The notes under the pieces are model-generated. The model did not search any database. It was given only the letters and a program-made list of their open reading frames with translations, and had not been told where the DNA came from. A DNA stretch of 55,055 nucleotides from Bigelowiella natans CCMP2755 (lineage: Eukaryota; Protista; Cercozoa): positions 1 through 55,055 of the forward strand of contig ADNK01003515.1 of the NCBI GenBank assembly GCA_000320545.1. The letters run 5' to 3'. Made by a program: the position numbers and the translations under genes. Below are positions 39,045 to 52,964 of this stretch, in pieces; the stretch's first letter is position 1; each line of letters starts with the position of its first letter.

Positions 39045-39985
39045 CTTTACCTTGGTGATATTCGTCCCCTCCAACGGCCAAAGATACATCATGAAATTGT
39101 GAGGGATTACCACCGGCCTCCATTTGATCCGAAGGATCCACCATCATTATAACTGTCAACTGTATCAGCAACTTTAATAACCTCTGCAAAGAGAGGACGT
39201 AGTATCCTCCACCGACTATTCCGGTGATCGCAACAGCCATAATTTTTAAACCTCGCCATCTAGCTTCTTCCGTCAATAGGAGAAGTACAAATCCAGATAA
39301 GACCAAGATTGTTGCCAAACAACTACCTAAAGACAATAAAAACCAATAATCAACAGATATTTTTGGGATGACAAACATAAATTTCAGCTATGGAGATATA
39401 CCAACACATGCATAGAATGTGAGCCACTCATGCATTTGTAGATTCTTGTTTTGTGCAGCACTTTGGGCCTCATAATTTGCCCTAGCAGCAATGAAGCATG
39501 TGTACTGCAAAATATCAGTTAAGTAACCCACACACCTTTGTAAGGAAATATAATTCGAATAGCTGTACCACAATGAGATTTGCAATTGTCAGCTCGATGA
39601 GAGTTATGATTGTTTCACCAATTTCCCATCCAAAATACAGAGGTTCATGCAAGCCCTTTCGATGTACAGATGGGTGCAATATAAATCATACAAGACCTCT
39701 GATTAGTCAACACAGTTGAGAATTTCGATACCAGACTCAGGGTTAGGTAATTTGAAGCTACAACGATGGTCAACCTTCAACAAACAATCTGATTTGCAAA
39801 CATCGATAGCGACTTGAAACATGGACATACCAACGAATTAGGTGAAGATGATTTGTTTGTGAACATCGACACTTGAACAACGTGCCGTCCTTTTTGAATT
39901 GATGAACGCCAATGCAGAGTTCTGCTAAACTGATGGAACCTCGGATTCCATCGCTGATTGCCCATCTGATGTCGAAATTCGACAT
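38343..39985 (-). CDS. Seven-transmembrane GPCR-like membrane protein with long TM5-TM6 loop
   Basis: Hydrophobic segments include GWEIGETIITLIELTIANLIV, YWFLLSLGSCLATILVLSGFVLLL, IMAVAITGIVGGGYYVLSL, LGIILCCIGSAFMIFLTI and LAMYLGLIVNAYFQWY, with a polar loop of more than 150 aa before the last two. The first two TMs are less clear. Confidence 0.6.
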
Positions 39986-40157
39986 CACTGGATGGCCTCC
40001 AGACTCGTCTTTGAATTTGAAGGCGCTCAATTCTGTCACGGGGATGTTAGAAGCGGACTCAGCCCCTGCATGCTGAGAGCCGGAAGCACGAGATGAGAAA
40101 TGTTCATGCAAACAAATGATGATGTGCAACAATTAAATCAGTGCTGCAGCACACGCG

Positions 40158-40301
40158 ACACTATGATCATGATCTAATTTCAATCTGCGACATGAATCAT
40201 GTTCATTTTACGTGTCGTAGATAGATCTACACTATGATCATGATCTAATTTCAATCTGCGACATGAATCATGTTCATTTTACGTGTCGCAGATAGATCTA
40301 C
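40158..40301 (+). repeat. 71-bp tandem duplication (plus degenerate third copy to about 40405) in the 7TM/G-alpha divergent promoter
   Basis: ACACTATGATCATGATCTAATTTCAATCTGCGACATG... occurs twice, with a single difference T40218/C40289. Confidence 0.85.
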
Positions 40302-40541
40302 GACATTCCGTCTATGCGGTTTTGTGTAATAAAGCATGTTCATAATCGAATTTCAATCTGCGACATGAAATGAATGAAATCATGTTGATTTTAGTGTCGT
40401 AGAAATGTTATCCCCTCTATTTCCCTCTTCAATCATGGAGTTTTTGCAAAGCCAGGCCGTGCATGGTGACTCTTGAAGGCATTCCATGAAATAGTTCCGA
40501 TCGAAATCTTGACGAAAGTGCTTATCTTGTGTCATTGAGTC

Positions 40542-42429
40542 ATGGGTCTCTGCAGCAGTATTGATCAACCAAACGCTCGTGATGTTTATCGAGCTGATGA
40601 AAGACGCAGAAATCATGAAGTAAATGACTTTCTCAAAAAGGCCAAGCAGAGCGAGGTGCTTACACGTACAGGATGTTTCTATCACGAAACATTGTTGTAT
40701 TTAAATGCGTCTCATAGATATTTATTTTAGAAGTGCGTCTTATAGATATTTATTTTAGAACAAGGAGATAAAGTGCCTTCTTCTTGGAGCCGGTGGGTCA
40801 GGAAAGTCCACAGTGGTACGTGTAATCTGGTAAAATGCAGAGATGATCCAGAATCACCTCTATTTACTTAGTTCAAGCAGCTAACTGGCATTTATGGTAA
40901 AGGATATTCCAATGAAGAGTTGAAGGTATTTCATTGGCTTTAATGATTTTCCCGAAATCCAATGATCAAGAACCTTTTTAGGCACGCACTCCACTTGTTC
41001 ACAATAATGTGATTCAAGCAATTCAAAATTTAATAATACAAGCACAGGCAATTGGATCATTCACTATCGTTATTTTCTAGCCGAAAGAATAATTATTGTT
41101 ATTAGGACTGGTTTGAAAGTGGGGAGATAGTTCACAGCATTCCAAAGGACATGCATGTTGATTGCGAACGCCTACTTGACTTAGAATCAACGGGGTTCTA
41201 CGACAGGTGCAACATTGATTCATTTGAAAGAAAAGCTTACATATATTTATCCCACAGAATCAATGAAGAGTTGGCTTCCAAAATAAAGAGAATGTGGAAT
41301 TGTCAAGCTATTCAGATATGCTTTGCAAGAAGACATGAATTCAATTTACAAGAATCTGCTCGATACTTCATTGAAAAGGTGATACATAAAATGGAAGTCC
41401 GAAACTCGTATAAACGCAATGATTAATCACTTTCATAATAGATCGATGAAATTGCTAAGCCAGATTACGTTGCTAGCGTAGAAGATCACCTAAGAGTGCG
41501 AGTGCCAACGACTGGTGAATGTGTTACGTACGTGAAAATTAAGTGTTCTCAAAAGTATCTATGGATAGGTCTCGTACAACAGTCGTTTTCAATTTTGGGA
41601 AATGACTTCACGTAGGAACAACAGAATCATTTACTTAAGCTAACATCCATTAAATCGGTTTTTATGTTCGACAGGATAATGGATGTTGGAGGTCAACGAA
41701 GTGAGAGGAAAAAGTGGATTCACTGCATGGACAACGTAACCTGTGTAATATTCGTTGCATTCTTAAGTGGCTACAATGAGGTTGCTCTCATAACTATAAT
41801 AGATGTGGTTTTAAACATTAAAAGTCACATACTTTAGTTTCTGTACGAAGACTACAAATCAAATAGAATAGTTGAGGTATTGTCTTGTGCCATTCTAACA
41901 CGTGAACTGAACCAATATGTCACCTAAGCGAAGCAAAACATTGGTATCAGGCATTAAATCTGTTCGAGGAGATCGTTAACTGTGAGTGGTTCATCAATTC
42001 ATCTTTTGTCTTATTCTTGAACAAGCTAGATATATTCAAAGAAAAAATCGCTTCACATCCAATCACGGTAGTGTTAGTAAAATTCCTCAATTTTCGATAC
42101 CACCATTAAGTGCTGAGTGCATACATGCAAAGGAATGTCCAAGGTTTTCAAAGTATGGAGGAAATGTGAAAGACTTTGAGGCTACGACAAATTTTATTAG
42201 ATCTAAATTTGAAAAGCTTAACAAATCAGACAATAAGACGGTAAAAATTTTTTTATGATTGCTTTTGCGATTCCAAACACTTTGTATTTCATCGTCATGT
42301 GTCTCCCAGGTTGCTTGCCACATAACATGTGCTACAAATAAGAAGATGATTTCAGTGGTTTTCGATACCGTAAAAGACCACATTTTGAAAGAGGCCATAA
42401 ACGTTGCAATGCCTGGAATGCTAATGTGA
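40542..42429 (+). CDS. Heterotrimeric G-protein alpha subunit
   Basis: MGLCSS (myristoyl/palmitoyl motif), [40 protein letters not shown] and TCAT; about 13 short introns, one apparently GC-AG near 41048. Confidence 0.95.
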
Positions 42430-42519
42430 TTTAAGTAGCAGATTCCTATCATTGAGTGTGCTGCACGGCGAAACAACAACATACTTGCTCCACTAAATTT
42501 ACGATACCAGTTCATTTCT

Positions 42520-43450
42520 GTGACTCATGTGTGAGTAGTCGATGACCGCTAACCCATGCCAACAGCGTTCCTACCTGCATACAATTGTGCATGATCATGA
42601 TCACATGTGCAGTCTCAGAAATGCAAATTGAACTCGTCAACGATTTGAGTGAATGACAAACAAGTTGCAGCAAGACAGCAGTCGACACCATTGTCAAGCA
42701 GCGCGGCAACTGTGACATCCTAGCTTCTTGCAACCACTAAACCATGCTAGCATGCCAGCATGCTAGCATGCACAGCAATCTAGCAATGGAGCACCATGCG
42801 CGCTGACTTGCAAGCTAAGCCTCTCTGGCTCTAGCACTTCTAGGCATTCTAGCATTGCTAGATTGTGCCTGGTCTAGCTAGCTAGCAGTCTCTGGGTCTA
42901 GCAGTGCCCATCTTGCATGCAAGGTTGCAAACCGATCGATCGATCGATTGAGCTAGCGAAGCTGGCACGGCTAGCCAGCTTGAGAGCACATGCTTCTGTG
43001 GCCCCTTGATGGGCCACACAGCGTGTGCACGTGCGAACATGTGCAGTTCTGTTCGCATGTTCTAGCTTCATCACACACGACCTAGACGACCTGTTGTGCA
43101 CAAAAAACACGTGCAGCAGATGTCATGTGACACACATGAATTCAGCCACATGTGTCTCAGAGAACACATGTGTTTTGATCCGGTGCGCTCCATGGCTAGA
43201 TAGCCCCTCAATGGGCCATGCATGCTGGCATGACGTAGCGAGATGACGAGATCTAGCTAGCTAGCTAGGGATCCAGAGATGTCTAGGTGTGCTGCACTGC
43301 ACTAGTCCATGTCAATCATCATGCATGAAGCAAAATGATGTTGTTACGCCCTACTAGCTTGCTAGCCTAGCGCATGCGAACAATGTCCACTAGTTTAGAA
43401 TGTAGCCGTGCAGCTGCATGCAATGAATGTGCGTGGATGCATGTTGGCGC
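42520..43450. other. TA-depleted, strongly CTAG-enriched intergenic patch between convergent gene ends
   Basis: About 25 CTAG by eye, including CTAGCTAGCTAG runs; few other TAs; abundant TGCA/CATG/CACA. Confidence 0.75.
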
Positions 43451-43698
43451 GTCACTTCAGCCCATTTGTGTTGGTGGTGGTGGTGGTGGTTGGTGACTAT
43501 GACATTCATCGTATCGTGTTTTATTGCGAGAACATATCATCAATGCAAGTAACAAAAACAACATGCCTCATCAAGCGACATCAAGTAGACGAAAACATAT
43601 GTGAGACAAATGAATCAACTCTTGAAATCGAAGTCGACAGCAGTGAGTTGTCAGCGTTGATTCTGTGTGTGAAGTCATTTAGGAATGCTGCTAGAAAT

Positions 43699-44039
43699 TT
43701 ACATTTTCCTGTTTGCCATCTTCTTGATCGCTTCGCTCTTCTTTGCCTGTTTTAAGAGTAAGATTAAATCAAAACTTAATGGCAAGAACGGGGAAAGAGC
43801 GTACCATAGCTTCCTCCATCTTTTTCCTGTTGCGTGCCTCAGCCTCTTTCTTTAGTTCTTGAGCCTTATTATTGAATGTATTTTAATTTAGTGCTGCAGT
43901 CACAGAGACTCCATTCTGGACATATCTCCTCGCAGTACCGTAATGAGCGCAGAGAGGGAGCTCTTGTAGTAGTTAAGGTCACGAATCACCTGTAGGTGGT
44001 GATAAAATTTAGTTCTGATAATGATATTACTGACGATAA

Positions 44040-44075
<36 letters not shown>

Positions 44076-44218
44076 TTGTGTGTAAGTTAGGCGGAATAAC
44101 ATTGAACAGGAATTTTGCGGTGGAGAAACGTAGTGATATCAATACATGACATAATTTCGGGGAGACGACTACAACTTTCTACAACAGATATTCGTTTTGA
44201 TTAACTTCGTTTGCTGTT

Positions 44219-44261
<43 letters not shown>

Positions 44262-45577
44262 TCGCATTTATATTATTCGAAGATCTTCGCGACATCATAT
44301 CAGGCTAAGAATTGTTTATTATTACGGGTTCCATCCTGAGATTAAGAGAGGTGACAAGGTTCTCAAGAGCCTGAAATAAAAAATTAGCAATGAATTACAT
44401 CACATGCTTTTGTCCGCTATTGAAACAATATTCAGAGAAGATTAAATATCTGCTGATTTATATATATTCGTCGATTTTTATTCGTCGAAGTTTCCTCCTT
44501 CTCACTCAATCAAGCTATTTGTTCAGGTTGAGGAGGTATACTTAATATACACATCCCTACTCATCCCTACTCCTCCCCTTCCTCGTCCTCACTTCGTCCT
44601 CCCTTCCTCTCCCTACCTCCTCCTCCTTTCCTCTCCGTTATTACATAATGTTGCTTCTGCTGCTACTGCTATCACCACACAATAATTTGATTCATCGTAT
44701 AAATAACTTTACCTTAGGGTCCTTTGCACCAGTTAATTCAAGCATGCGGAAAAGTCCGATGGAGAAGAATCTAGCCACACGGATGATATGAGATGATAAG
44801 ATGTATGATACTTTTGGTGATTACAAGAGAAATGATGTGAGTGGCAGATGATATATCAAATATTTTACTTATTTAGAAAATATTCGTAACAGTACGAATT
44901 CCTGACGATATGACTTCCTGTTTCAATTCAATTTCGCTTTTATTTGTAAAATAACCGAGAAAATAGCCACTCAACTTATTACTTCATATGATTACTTTGA
45001 ATAAAGGAAGTTTTCTGAGTTTTCTGAGATTCCAGCAAGGATCTTCTCGAACTGATCTCCATCAGCCTTTTAGAAGAGAGCCAGCAGCAGGACAAGTAGT
45101 GGTAGGGGTAGCAGTAGCAGTAGTACATGAAAGACAGCAAAGGTATTTAGTAAATGTAAGGACAGCACAAGTATTTAGTATTATGTGAAGGAATCTTTTC
45201 TCGAAGTGAGTCTTATTCTAATACACCAACCACATCATCCACCTCTACAATCATATGGCGGAGGAGTTACAGATACTATCTGATCAACAAGCAACATCGA
45301 TAGCACTCACGATGATTTGTATTCCTTACGATACATGTAATTTGTTTCTATTAAACCTTCTTCTAACATGCTACTATAACTCATACTAAGTACTTTAGGA
45401 GCGATGTCAGCTGCCGACTTAGACTTGGCCCATTCCTCCAGGCTTGCCTGATGATGACGATGATGATGAGGAGGAGGAGGAGGAGGAGGGGAATTGAGTT
45501 CATGATGGGAATGGGGATGATGATGTAATTGAAGTAGGTGGTAGTGGCATTATAGGGTTATTAGTACTCGTGCTAGT

Positions 45578-45621
<44 letters not shown>

Positions 45622-45753
45622 TATATACACAGCGCACACTCATAAAGTAATAACCTGATCTGCACGGTAAGTTGCAGGGGTCTCTGCCAAAGCTCCAATA
45701 TATCCTTCGAACAACTGCTGTTTCTTGTCTTCTCCGAGCGACTCAAACACCTA

Positions 45754-45785
<32 letters not shown>

Positions 45786-47092
45786 AGTGATGATGGTGAC
45801 AATGACGACGATGATGAATAATTCTCACACAGAAAGTAGTTTAGTAAGACACTCCCATGCGAAGATCACGAAATGCGGTTTGTTTTGGTGTGGCGGCACA
45901 CACTACATCAACAACATTTATTAATAATTGGACTACTTCATCATCATCTACATCAAGAACATTATTAATAATTGGGCTACTTCATCATCATCTACATCAA
46001 GAAAATTCATTAATAATTGGACTACTTCATCATCGTTCCATAGGTGGTGGATTATAGTAAAAATACCAAAAAATAAAAAGCAGTCGCTTTTACATATTAA
46101 GTGACTGTCCTACCTGGTCGAAAACACTGCACACTCCCAGAGCGAAGACTGGGTTGTACTCGTATCTAGTTTTAGGGACGGAGAGGGGTGTCATTTTCAC
46201 TGCAGAGTGCGCACAAAAAATAGGTTACTTTTGTATATTTATTAATCTCATCATTACTTCCTATTGTATCGAACAAAGTGCTGCTCAGTAATGAGTCGTG
46301 AAACGAAAGATGAATAGATCATCGGAAGAGGATGCCTGATAAGTAAAGGGGGGGGGGATAAAATGTCAATCATTGAGGAATCAAAGCGAAATGACTAGTC
46401 CCTTGTTTCGAGAGTTTCTACCTTATATACATTGCATCATCATTTTTATTCAGCATTTGCAGAAGACAGCAACCGAAGTAGCATGAATTAGAAGCATCAT
46501 CAGCAATTGTTATTTAGAAGAGAATAGTTGCATAATATCTTGCAGCATCAGTATTTCTCTCTTAGTAGTAGAAGAAGTAGTAGTAGTAGTAGTAGTAGTA
46601 ATAGTAGATGCGACTATTTATTACTTGAATGATCCATGGAACTTCTGCGTTGTTTCAGAAACTGGTGGTGGCATAAAGTCTGCAGAAAAAGGATATATGG
46701 CAGTAAAGATCGATAACTTCACGGAAGAAGAAGGTATTTCGTGCATTGCATTGAATTGAATTGATTGATTGGTGGTAAATATTGCTAGATTTAGCACTAC
46801 CTGCGTTAACGCGCATGGATCTGCAGTTATCAGCAGAATTGAAAAGAGTAGATGGATTTTTAGAGTTGAGAGGGAGACGATTGCTAATTAGGGATGGGAA
46901 AAAGTTCTGTGTGGCACTTCTTGCTGCGAATCCCGCTCGAGCAGGGCCGACCATGGAACGACCCAAATTAGGATGTGCTTTGCTACTTCCAGCTACAAGC
47001 ATGGTTCCTACGAGGCCCATACATGCAGTAAGGGCTACAGAGGAGAGCAGAAGTGGGGAAGTTGATCTAGTCGGGCGGGTGGTTGCCATCAT
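43699..47092 (-). CDS. THF1: Thylakoid formation 1 / Psb29, with bipartite plastid-targeting presequence
   Basis: PPPVSETTQKF, PMIYSSFVSRLITEQHFVRY, YEYNPVFALGVCSVFDQ, YRADQASLEEWAKS, FLYSKFFSIGLFRMLELTGAKDPKALENL and VIRDLNYYKSSL; N-terminal hydrophobic anchor followed by a Ser/Arg-rich transit-like peptide. Confidence 0.93.
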
Positions 47093-47858
47093 TGTCACAG
47101 AATTATGTAGGCTTGTATTCACTCCGTGCACGCTCTCGAATGGTTCTTTAATTCAGCCGTAAGTGTTCCTAGTCTATGCTCAATTTTCCCTCAATTAACC
47201 ATCAAATATATTAGACGACATGCAAAAATCTATGTCTTAGAAAATAAACACATATATTTAAACGTTCAAACAAATTGGAACGCTTTGAAATTCCAATTCT
47301 ACGAATCCCCGCCAGTCACGAATGTGTTCATGGAACAAAAGGCTATATTAATGCTGCGACTAGAGAATATTGGTCAGGCCAAGTTCCCAGATCATTCATG
47401 CGGCAGTTTAACACGTGCATTCTTGCATTCTCGCCTTTCGGTCGAACTGGCAAGACCTTGGAACAGCGTCCATCTTCTCCTCAAGAGACAATCTTTTCGT
47501 TTTAACTTGCTCAAAATATATGTCTTATATAAAAAATATACTACGTTGCCTCACGCTTGTTATGTGAATTTGCCAATAAAAGTATCTTAGGAATGTAAGT
47601 ATTCCTTTTCTCTTGCTTTTTTCTCTTCATATCTCAGGTGTTGGCCGGTGGAGATGTATATTAATGAGAGATGCAATGCGTTTACAGACATATGTATGTT
47701 GTCGTAGTGCATACGACGAAGAGAACGGTGTACGACTCGAAGTAATGTAGGTTCTTAGTAGCTCATTCGTGTCGTCGTCGTCGTACGATGTGTGTTGGGA
47801 GAATAAATGGTAGGCAAGGCTGTTGGATGTAACATGCAATTAGATCTATTGGGAAGTC

Positions 47859-48122
47859 CTAATAACTAAGTCGTTCTATCAAAACATCATCTAATTCGTA
47901 TACTGCGACAACAAAATGAAATCGTTCATTCGGCACTGAAAATAATTCATCGGGAATGGCGTTCGGCTCGGGTAGTAGCATCAGCGTTGGCCTCTCGTTG
48001 CTGCTGCTGGCCTCTTTTGTTTTGATCAACCATATTTTCCAGGAAAAACCAGGTGAATCCTCGTAGCTTTTTTTTAGATTGAGATCATCACGCTTGTATT
48101 GAAAGGAGAAAGGAGCTGTCAT
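47859..48122 (-). CDS. Hypothetical 87-aa ORF, possibly an exon of a small gene
   Basis: ATG-initiated ORF with globular-looking composition; no recognisable family. Confidence 0.25.
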   Translation of the reverse strand: MTAPFSFQYKRDDLNLKKSYEDSPGFSWKIWLIKTKEASSSNERPTLMLLPEPNAIPDELFSVPNERFHFVVAVYELDDVLIERLSY

Positions 48123-48625
48123 TGATTAATCCAGACAGACATCTTTCCACCACAAGATAAAAGTGTGATTGAAGGACCTTTCATAAGTGTTAACTCTTTT
48201 CCTAACTTCAGGAAATCTTAGGTATTCGTCGATAGTAACCAAACAAAGAAAAGCTACGATGCGACCCATTCGGTTGTTTCCAATGGGTTTTAGGCCAGGG
48301 GGATACGGGTGTTTCCAAGACTAGTACCCCTCTAATATTCTTCCTAGAAATCAATCTTCCCAAACAAATACTTGTCTTTTGTGAAAGTAGCCTTGATAGA
48401 TATCATAATTAATGTCAGTAATGCGTTCCAACGAAATAGGGCGAGATTGACGTCTTTTGGACGGCTGCAGGTATTCATTCCAGCAGGAGGAGCATTATCA
48501 TCATCTTAGCAGACAATTCTGATACAACAAAATACAATGACTAAATACCATCTATCTTGTATTCTCTGTCGTAATTTATTCCGAATCCTACTTTGATTGC
48601 GCGCTGCCTTCCTTCTCAATGGTAG

Positions 48626-49866
48626 GGTTTGGAACGTAGTAGTAGTAGCAGAGGATTGGCGGTTAGGAGGGCTGCTGCTGCTGCCGCTGCTACTACTACT
48701 ACTACTACTACTACTACAATGCCAACAAGTGGATGCTTCATTCGTGGCTCTGCTTTAGGGTTGTTGTCATCATCGTCGTCTTCGTCCTATTCTAGACGGA
48801 ACCAGCACCAGCAGCAACGAGGACTTGCACAGGTGCCAGCACCAACACGCAGCAAATCAATGATGTATGAGTTTTAGCAGAGTAGTAGTAGTATTAGTAG
48901 TAGTAGTAGTAGTAGTATAAAGCAGTCCGCTTACTTCAATAAATTCCTGTTCATATTCTTAGACGTCGTACATAGTATTACACGATGATCGATTATCTAT
49001 TCGTAATACACTAAATATAGCACCAAGAGGAAGCAGCAGCAGCAAATATTAGATTATAACTGTCAATAATGGTGAAAAAAAAGTCTCAACTACTACTACT
49101 ACTACTACTAATACAACAGACTCGTCAAATTGACACAGCAGCAAAAGGCCTGAAAACAGGGATAGGTACTACGAGTAGAAGAAAAAGAAGAGGAGGAAAA
49201 GAACATTGTAGTAGTAACGATGATGCTATTGTAGTGACAGGCAGCGGGTAAATGCATGCATCAAATGCTATGATAATAACGACAACTACTTCTATTCCAG
49301 TTGGACTACCGAACGTAGGAAAGTCAACATTGTTTAATGCGCTTATGGAAGAATCTCAGGTGGTGGTGGTGGTGGTGCAAATGGAAGAATGTTTGACAAA
49401 TACATCATACACGATTATTATATCAAGATAAACGATGTTTTTCTTGTTTTTAAATGATGCTGTTGTACGTGTTGAAAAATTACTAGGCTCAAGCAGCCAA
49501 CTTCCCATTCTGTACAATTGAACCAAACGTTGGTGTTGTGGGTGTACCAGACCCAAAGTAAGTAATAATATTAGGAAATATTGATGATCATGATCATGAT
49601 GATCATCCGGGTTGTTATAACACTCGGAATTCTCTCATTATCATACTATCATTGTATATTGCAACTAGTTGCTACTAACATCACACTTATGTGTGTTAAT
49701 TTCATAATCGTGGTCGTTGTCGGCTTTGATCCATCTTCCTTTCCTCCCTCTTTGCTGACGTACAAATTTACTACTACAAAGGCTTGATGTTTTGGCTGAT
49801 ATGTCAAAGAGTGAGAAGGTAGTGTGAGTAGTAGACCGCATCATATATGGGTGATGGAAGATTATA

Positions 49867-49900
<34 letters not shown>

Positions 49901-51933
49901 CGATACATACGAAGAAGATGTCATTTCTAGCCATCATCTTCGGCATCTTTATCATCATCATCATCTTGAGTTGGATGTGCTACTATTGTTGATTATCGTT
50001 ATCTTCAGTGGGAATACTGTTTTTCTTTCTATTTTTCTTGTTAATGATGAATATGGGGATGATGCTGGTGATAATAGGTGGTCCCGACATCATTAGCGTT
50101 TGTGGATATTGCAGGCCTTGTGGCCGGTGCAAGGTATACTGATAGTAGTAGTAGTAATAGGAGTATTAGTAGTACTATCTTCTCTTTTGAACAAGAAAGA
50201 GCTTTGGTATATTGAGTAATGTTGGTGAATAATTGTAAGTCATCACTCCTCTTGTCACGTTGTATCTGATCATACAAATATACAAAAAAACTGCTGCTTC
50301 CTGCAGCAAAGGAGAAGGTCTAGGAAACAAGTTCTTGGCCAATATCCGTGAATGTGATGCAATTGTACACGTGGTAAAAAGAAGAAGTAGTTGTAGTGAT
50401 GATGATGATGATTCTGCTTACATCTCAATTGTGATAGTATATAATAATCATGCATACTATTCCTGATGATGATGATGAAGGTAGCAAGTGCTAGATCATA
50501 CAACGCAACATTGTTATTATGATTATTATTATTATTATAATTATTATTATTACAGGTGCGGTGCTTTGAAGATGCTAATATCGTGCATGTGGATGGTTCA
50601 GGTTAGTTGTAGTAGTAATAGTAGTAGTAAGGAGTAGCAGTTACATAAGTAATTAGTAAGGAGGATTTAGATTTTGCTTCTTTCTACAGCACTTAGCTGG
50701 TCTATTACCTCTGCGATCAATCTTTTGAATAAATGATGACATTATTCAATGTTTTATTAGAACGAGGCTTATTAGTCACCATCATGAGTATATTTTATGA
50801 CTTTTGTTATCATTATTGTTCTTATTGTCATTAATATAATAATAATAATGATAATAATAATGATAATAATAATAATAATAATAATAACGTATTATCAGTG
50901 GATCCTCTTCGTGATATTGACACCATTAACCTGGAACTCATTCTTTCTGATATTGAGCAAATTGAAAGAACACTACAAAGAGCGAAGAAGGGTACTTATA
51001 GTAGTAGTAGTAGTAGTAGTAGTAGTAGCGGTGGTGGTGATGATGGTAGTGAAACAGGCAGCATAGATAAAAACAGTAGTATTCTGATTCTTCTCTTTCT
51101 TCTTTTACTGATATTATCCTTTTGGGTTGCTCTGCAATCAGGAAAGCAAAGCGATCAACAGAAGTTATTAGCGGTAATGGTGTATAATGTAACCAGAAAG
51201 AGTAGTATTAGTAGTATTGGTAGTATCAGTAGTAGCAGTTGTAGTATTGTGAGATTTGATATCATTATCCACCATGTCAGCCCTCCTCCTCCTCTTTTTC
51301 GTATAAATAAACATTAGTTATTATTTCTATTATCATTTGCACAAAACAGAGCTTGTATGTGTGTACTTGCAGCTCTAATGATGCTGCTGCTAATGCTATT
51401 ACTCAGGGTGCACTTGAGCGCATATTCGAAGCGTTAAATAGTGACAAACCAGCAAGATTTGTGGAATTAGACCCTGACGAAGAACTTGCGGTTAAGTCTT
51501 TAGGGTTACTAACCAAGAAACCGGTAGTAGTATAGTACAAGTAGAAGTAGAAGTAAAATAGTAGTAGTAGTGGTAGTAGTTGTAGTAGTAGTAGTAATAG
51601 TATCCATTGGTAGTAATACTAGCAGTAGTAATAGTAACCAGCAGCAGTAACACTGCTAATTGGATGATATATATCTGGGTACTTCGTTCTACTGATTTGT
51701 TGGGAAGCAGTCTTGACTTTTCTCTAACAACAATTCAATAAAAAATAATTAGGTGATTTATGCTGCAAATGTAATTGATACTGATCTCTCCGCTGGTTTG
51801 TAGTATGCAGTAGCTCTTTGTAGTTTTCGTCTTGTCCTTCTTCTTCTTCTTCTTCATCAACATCATCACCCCCATCCAATATCAAACCACCACGCCTTAA
51901 ATACAACCTGTCATACAAGCAATAGGTGTAACA

Positions 51934-51966
<33 letters not shown>

Positions 51967-52849
51967 CACCAGTAGTAGTAGTAGTTGAATAGGATATTGA
52001 TTCCGTTGCATTTGCAAGAAGTTACGGGAAGAATAAGCAATAAAAAGCACAGTATTCTGGCATGATGAATCCATGAGAATAATACCAATAATGCATGATG
52101 ATAATACATACATACATACATACATACATACTACATACCATAATCAGGAAATGAGATGGTTGATAAAGTGCGGCAATTTGCTGGAAAGGTGCTTGCTCAA
52201 AGACTATTATCGATTGATTCATTCATTATTTCATTGATTATGACGAGTCGCAGTTGTAGTATTCATTTAAGAGGGAAGAAGCCGGCTGCTGCTGCTGCTG
52301 CTGCTGGCATTGACCGTCATCATTGTCATTATCATTCTGCATATTATCATCATCATTATCATCATCATCATCGTCACTATTACATGCTGTTTATTAGGAG
52401 GGTGCTGAGGTTGTTATTATATCTGCACAAGTTGAGTCTGAATTGGTGGATTTGGATCCAGATGAAAGAAAAGAGTTCCTTGATGACCTCGGAGTATGTG
52501 ATATTATTAATTATTTATGTTATTCTTGTTGTGATATCAGAGTATGTGTTGTTATTGAATATTTATGTTATGTTTGCTGTAATATCGACGTCTCAAAAAT
52601 AGCACTGAGCTTGATCATCACTACTGCTGTTAATAATAATACCGCGCCGTACTCTTTAAAAGGTAAAGGAAGGAGAGAGTGGCCTCCCAGCTCTAATCCG
52701 TGCTGCATACAAAATGCTGAATCTACAGGTTGCTTGCTGACTACTTATTCAATTTTTTCTTCCACCCACCACATACCTTGGTGTAATTCTCCTTGTTCAC
52801 TACAAGTGATGAGGGGGGGGAGGCGGTGATAGCAGCTGCATCATTGATT

Positions 52850-52880
<31 letters not shown>

Positions 52881-52933
52881 ATTATTTTTATTGGAACTAT
52901 TATTCATATCTACGCCTGAAGTCCAAAAGAAAT

Positions 52934-52964
<31 letters not shown>

